Shown here piece by piece: positions 60,389 through 64,000 of a stretch of 64,000 bases of DNA. The DNA is from Cladosporium halotolerans. Lineage: Eukaryota. The stretch lies in NCBI RefSeq assembly GCF_011745625.1, contig NW_027191457.1, positions 248,001-312,000 on the forward strand, written 5' to 3'. The translations under genes were made by a program, and so were the position numbers. Position 1 is the stretch's first letter. The number at the start of each line of letters is the position of its first letter. The notes beneath the pieces are model-generated. The model saw nothing but the letters and a program-made list of their open reading frames with translations. It was not told where the DNA came from and made no database searches.

Positions 60389-62487
60389 ATGGCGCTATTC
60401 TCTGGGACAAAGTCACAGGCCAGAAGGCCAGCGCAGGAGGGAGATGAGAAAGAGAACTATGATGGCATTGCCCAGAAGACAGACACGCCTCCAAGACAAG
60501 CGCTCCAAGACTTTCAGAATAAAGTATTCGGAACTCCAGCCGTGAACAGTCCGGATTTTAACACAAGAGACATCTCGACTTCATCAAAACGACCAGAACA
60601 AAACAGTCGCCCATCATTTGACCACACAGGGCAGGTGACTGAAAATGAAAGCCGCCGGAAGGACTTTGGAATTTACCAATTTGATCATGATCAGCAAGAT
60701 TACTTGGATCCGCGTTCCTCCGGCGACTCAGGATATTCCTCTGTAGGCGCTAATTCTCGCGTTTCCTCTCGGTCCACAAGCATGAAGCACAACCGGCAGG
60801 AAAGAGACCGTTCTCCTATGTCGACAAAGGCTGGAGTCGGCCAAGATGAGTCGACACCGTCGCTGATTGTGCTGAACGGTCTGAAGGTCAATAAGCGAGG
60901 CCTCATACTGGACGAAGAAGGAGATCCTATCGGCGAACTATACGAGGGCGACATCATCGACTGCGTCCGTCAAAAAGCTGATGCTTGCGGCAACGTTCTG
61001 GACGAGTATGGCAGAGTTGTCGGCCGAGTCCGTGCTCTACTTGTCGGCCCGCCCTCACCAATGCTTCGTCCTCCCACGCCTCGTCTGAGCAATACTGAAC
61101 ATTCCATGCGCGACTCTCCAGTGCCCTTGATCCCCGCGAGAAGTCTGACTACTTTATCCGATCAGTTTGCGGAAGACGAAGGCCACTTCCCACGACGCCA
61201 GGTGCAGACAATAGGACAAAAGCTGGTCTTCAAGGGAGATCCATTGTTCCCAACGACAGCACAACCAACAACGCACCAGCAAGACGCTGGGCATCAAGAT
61301 GAAGGCTTATTCATACGAGACACCAGCACTTGTGACCGTTCCGCTCAACCGACAAAGTCGCGGCAAATTGGCCATGATAACAATCTTCAAAAGCCTCCGT
61401 CACATCTTCTCCCTGTTGCGGCCAGCTCGATGAGACGATCAGAGAGCCCGTCTTTCGACCTTGAGCCAGACAGCACCGCTGAAATTGTTGCCTCCTACGA
61501 AGGCCTACCGACTTCTGAGAAAAGCACTACTACGGCATTGTTAAACGACCAACGTGCCGTCGAAGAAACTATCGCGGAATGGGACCAGACACTCACCGTA
61601 CGAAAGCAGAGGGAGCGGCTACAGCCTGTCGCAGCCCCACAGAACATGACGGCGGATGACGATGTCTCTTCAAATACAGGTGCCATTGTGTCTATTAGAC
61701 AAAAGCAGGCGACAAGCACTGATCGCAAATCAGAGGCTCCCCGCTCGTCTCCAAATCCATCTCTGAAACGTAGTAAGAGCGAGTCAATGCTCCACGTCGC
61801 TGATCGCCCGCCTGTCTCTGCTGTCCCCGCTGTCCCTGCAATCCCTAGGAACCTATCGCACATCCAGAAGCCAACGTTCGCAAACGGCAATGCTTTCCTA
61901 GCTACCGCGCCTGGTCAACCTGGAGGCTCAAACTTGACACCGAATGTCAAGAGGCCTCCTCCACTCTCCCTCCCAAGGAGAGGTTCTTTCGGCGACCTGC
62001 CCCGAAGCAGCTCTCTCGCCAATGCTCCTCCGAGGCCGGGAATACCTGCCCGCCAGCTCACCGCGCCAGACTTCTCAAAGTCAATGCAGCTGGGCATAGC
62101 AGCTCTCGAGGCACAATCGCCAATTCTAAGGCCCCGTACGCCAGGGTCGACGCCTCTTATCAGCAGTCCGCTTAGCAGCCACGGTAAGACACCCTTTTGC
62201 CCCCGAGTTGTGGTCAATCAAAGAATACTGACGTATCTTGCTCAGAGTTCACATTTCCAGAACCAGATGATGGTCGAGTATCAAGAGACTCAAGGCGGCC
62301 GTGGGCTCGATCTCGCTCCAAGAGCGTCAGCACCGTGGCAAGCTCCAAGACCGCTAGAAGGGTCTTCGCGCATGCAGCCAGGGTCACAACGGACAAGGAG
62401 GTAGACGTTATCGTTAACGAGCTTCACGAAGACACGACTAAGATAAAGAAGAAAGGGATTAGGGCATGGTTTGGATGGAAGAAGTAA
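60389..62487 (+). CDS. Hypothetical low-complexity protein with a DUF3659-like repeat
   Basis: LNGLKVNKRGLILDEEGDPIGELYEGD...DACGNVLDEYGRVVGRV; intron 62184-62245 joins to last exon EFTFPEP...WFGWKK. Confidence 0.65.
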
Positions 62488-63229
62488 CGTGATCGGAGAA
62501 CGCTACATAGGCGGATAAAGTGAGTGGAGGTCGTTTGATTCGCCTGGTGAAATCCCTTGTTCGTTAGCGATGAGTCCGATTTTCTTTCTGGCCAGCAAGT
62601 CTTCGCGTTTTCTCCATGCAGCAACTGCACTAATAAGACATAATGTCTTAAGGTTGCAGCCTCACGTAAACTGAACCGTCCGACACACAGACAGGCTCGT
62701 CTTCATCGCACATGTCGAATTCGGTCGTCCATTGTTCCACAAATCTTTGTTATTGATTCCATGATGAAAGAATATCACAGCATCAAACAACAGTCTTCTC
62801 ATAATGATTGCAATCGGTCTGCGTGCTCTGCAAGCATTGTACCACAGCATCTAATTTATGTGGATCTCCCGCCATCCAGATCTTGACGAGCTGCACGAAG
62901 CCGCGCTAGAGACGCCTGGATGCCGACCTAAACCCCATCAGTCTCTACAACCGAACTCAGGACCCCACCATGCCACCAACCTGCCGCCAAGGGCCAGCCT
63001 AGCGATGTTTTTTCTCGACAGCTATATTGCGCGCGAGAGCTTGTCTTGCGGCTCTGCTTTTGTTTCGATACCAACAAATGCTGTGATCAATTATTTGCTA
63101 CTGCGAGCGACTTCCTGGAGTCTTTGCGCTCGCTGCTGGTTGGAAAGGCTCCCGTAATAATTCTTTAACTGCGTTGCCGATAACCATCATTTACTGGATC
63201 CGAAGTCTGGCTGATTACTGCCCTCAGTC

Positions 63230-64000
63230 ATGTCAGCGAATGCAAGGGAAATCACCTCTTCGAGGGCGTCTCACGAGGACGATTCCGACATCCATCGCGC
63301 TGGAGTCATGGAACATTACAGCGTCCAACCTAAGGGCTCTTCCCATCACTCTTCCGTCGGCGAGTCCGCTGGCGAGGCTCGCCATGGTGCTGTTGAGCTC
63401 GTGGATTCGGATCCTAGCAACGGGGGCGATGGTCGAGCACCGGCTGGGACCGTCGCTGCTATCGAAGCCTCCAAGCCTGGCCGCTTCTCTTTCCTGCGGA
63501 CGAAGCAATTCTACATCGTCTTGCTGATTTCTCAAGCCCTTGCCGTGGCCATCACTGGAACGAACACGCTCTCGTCTCTCCTTGCGAACGAGGGTACGAG
63601 TATCCCGGCCTTCCAGACCCTGTTCAACTACATCTTGCTCACTCTGATCTACACGTCTTACACCCTGTACAAATACGGCTTCAAGGGCTGGTGCAAACTC
63701 ATTTGGAAAGACGGCTGGCGCTACTTCATTCTCGCCTTCTGCGACGTTGAAGGCAACTACTTCACCGTCCTCGCCTACCGTTACACGACCATCCTCTCCG
63801 CTCAGCTCATCAACTTCTGGGCCATCGCCGTCGTGGTCATCATCTCCCTGATCTTCCTCAAAGTCCGCTACCACATCGCGCAATACGCCGGCATACTCAT
63901 CTGCTGCGGCGGGCTCGGCATCCTCGTCGCCTCAGACCACATCTCCGGCTCCAACGGCGGCCAGGCGCTCGACGCCGTCAAAGGCGACCTGTTCGCGCTA
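63230..64000 (+). CDS. SLC35F (DUF914) family transporter, 3'-truncated by the window edge
   Basis: Not in the ORF track because it has no stop. Hand translation from ATG 63230 gives SIPAFQTLFNYILL, WRYFILAFCDVEGNYFTVLAYRYTTILSAQLINFWAI. Confidence 0.9.
   Translation, partial: MSANAREITSSRASHEDDSDIHRAGVMEHYSVQPKGSSHHSSVGESAGEARHGAVELVDSDPSNGGDGRAPAGTVAAIEASKPGRFSFLRTKQFYIVLLISQALAVAITGTNTLSSLLANEGTSIPAFQTLFNYILLTLIYTSYTLYKYGFKGWCKLIWKDGWRYFILAFCDVEGNYFTVLAYRYTTILSAQLINFWAIAVVVIISLIFLKVRYHIAQYAGILICCGGLGILVASDHISGSNGGQALDAVKGDLFAL

Noticed and set aside
1..64000. Transposons, CRISPR arrays, rRNA or secondary-metabolite clusters
   Set aside because: No transposase/RT ORFs, LTRs or TIRs, repeat-spacer arrays, rRNA sequence or PKS/NRPS genes were seen.

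Overview
Gene-dense, intron-poor genomic DNA from a filamentous ascomycete. Short GT-AG introns with CTRAC branch sites and the gene content suggest Pezizomycotina, possibly a Dothideomycete (inference). The window holds about 20 protein-coding genes. These include a fungal transcription factor, a GPI-anchored GH13 amylase divergent from an intronless alpha-1,3-glucan synthase, dynactin p27, HOP1, a degenerate YTH-domain protein, a bZIP factor, DLT1, a Uds1 coiled-coil protein, LIS1/nudF head-to-head with STU2/alp14, FBP1, KGD1, a GT8-like protein, PRP38 and a partial SLC35F transporter. There are four tRNA genes. The standout is an otherwise perfect initiator tRNA-Met gene (35273-35398) split in its D-stem by a 54-nt spliceosomal-type intron (GTAAGT...GCTAAC...TAG) instead of a canonical 37/38 tRNA intron. 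All calls were made by eye with no database searches.
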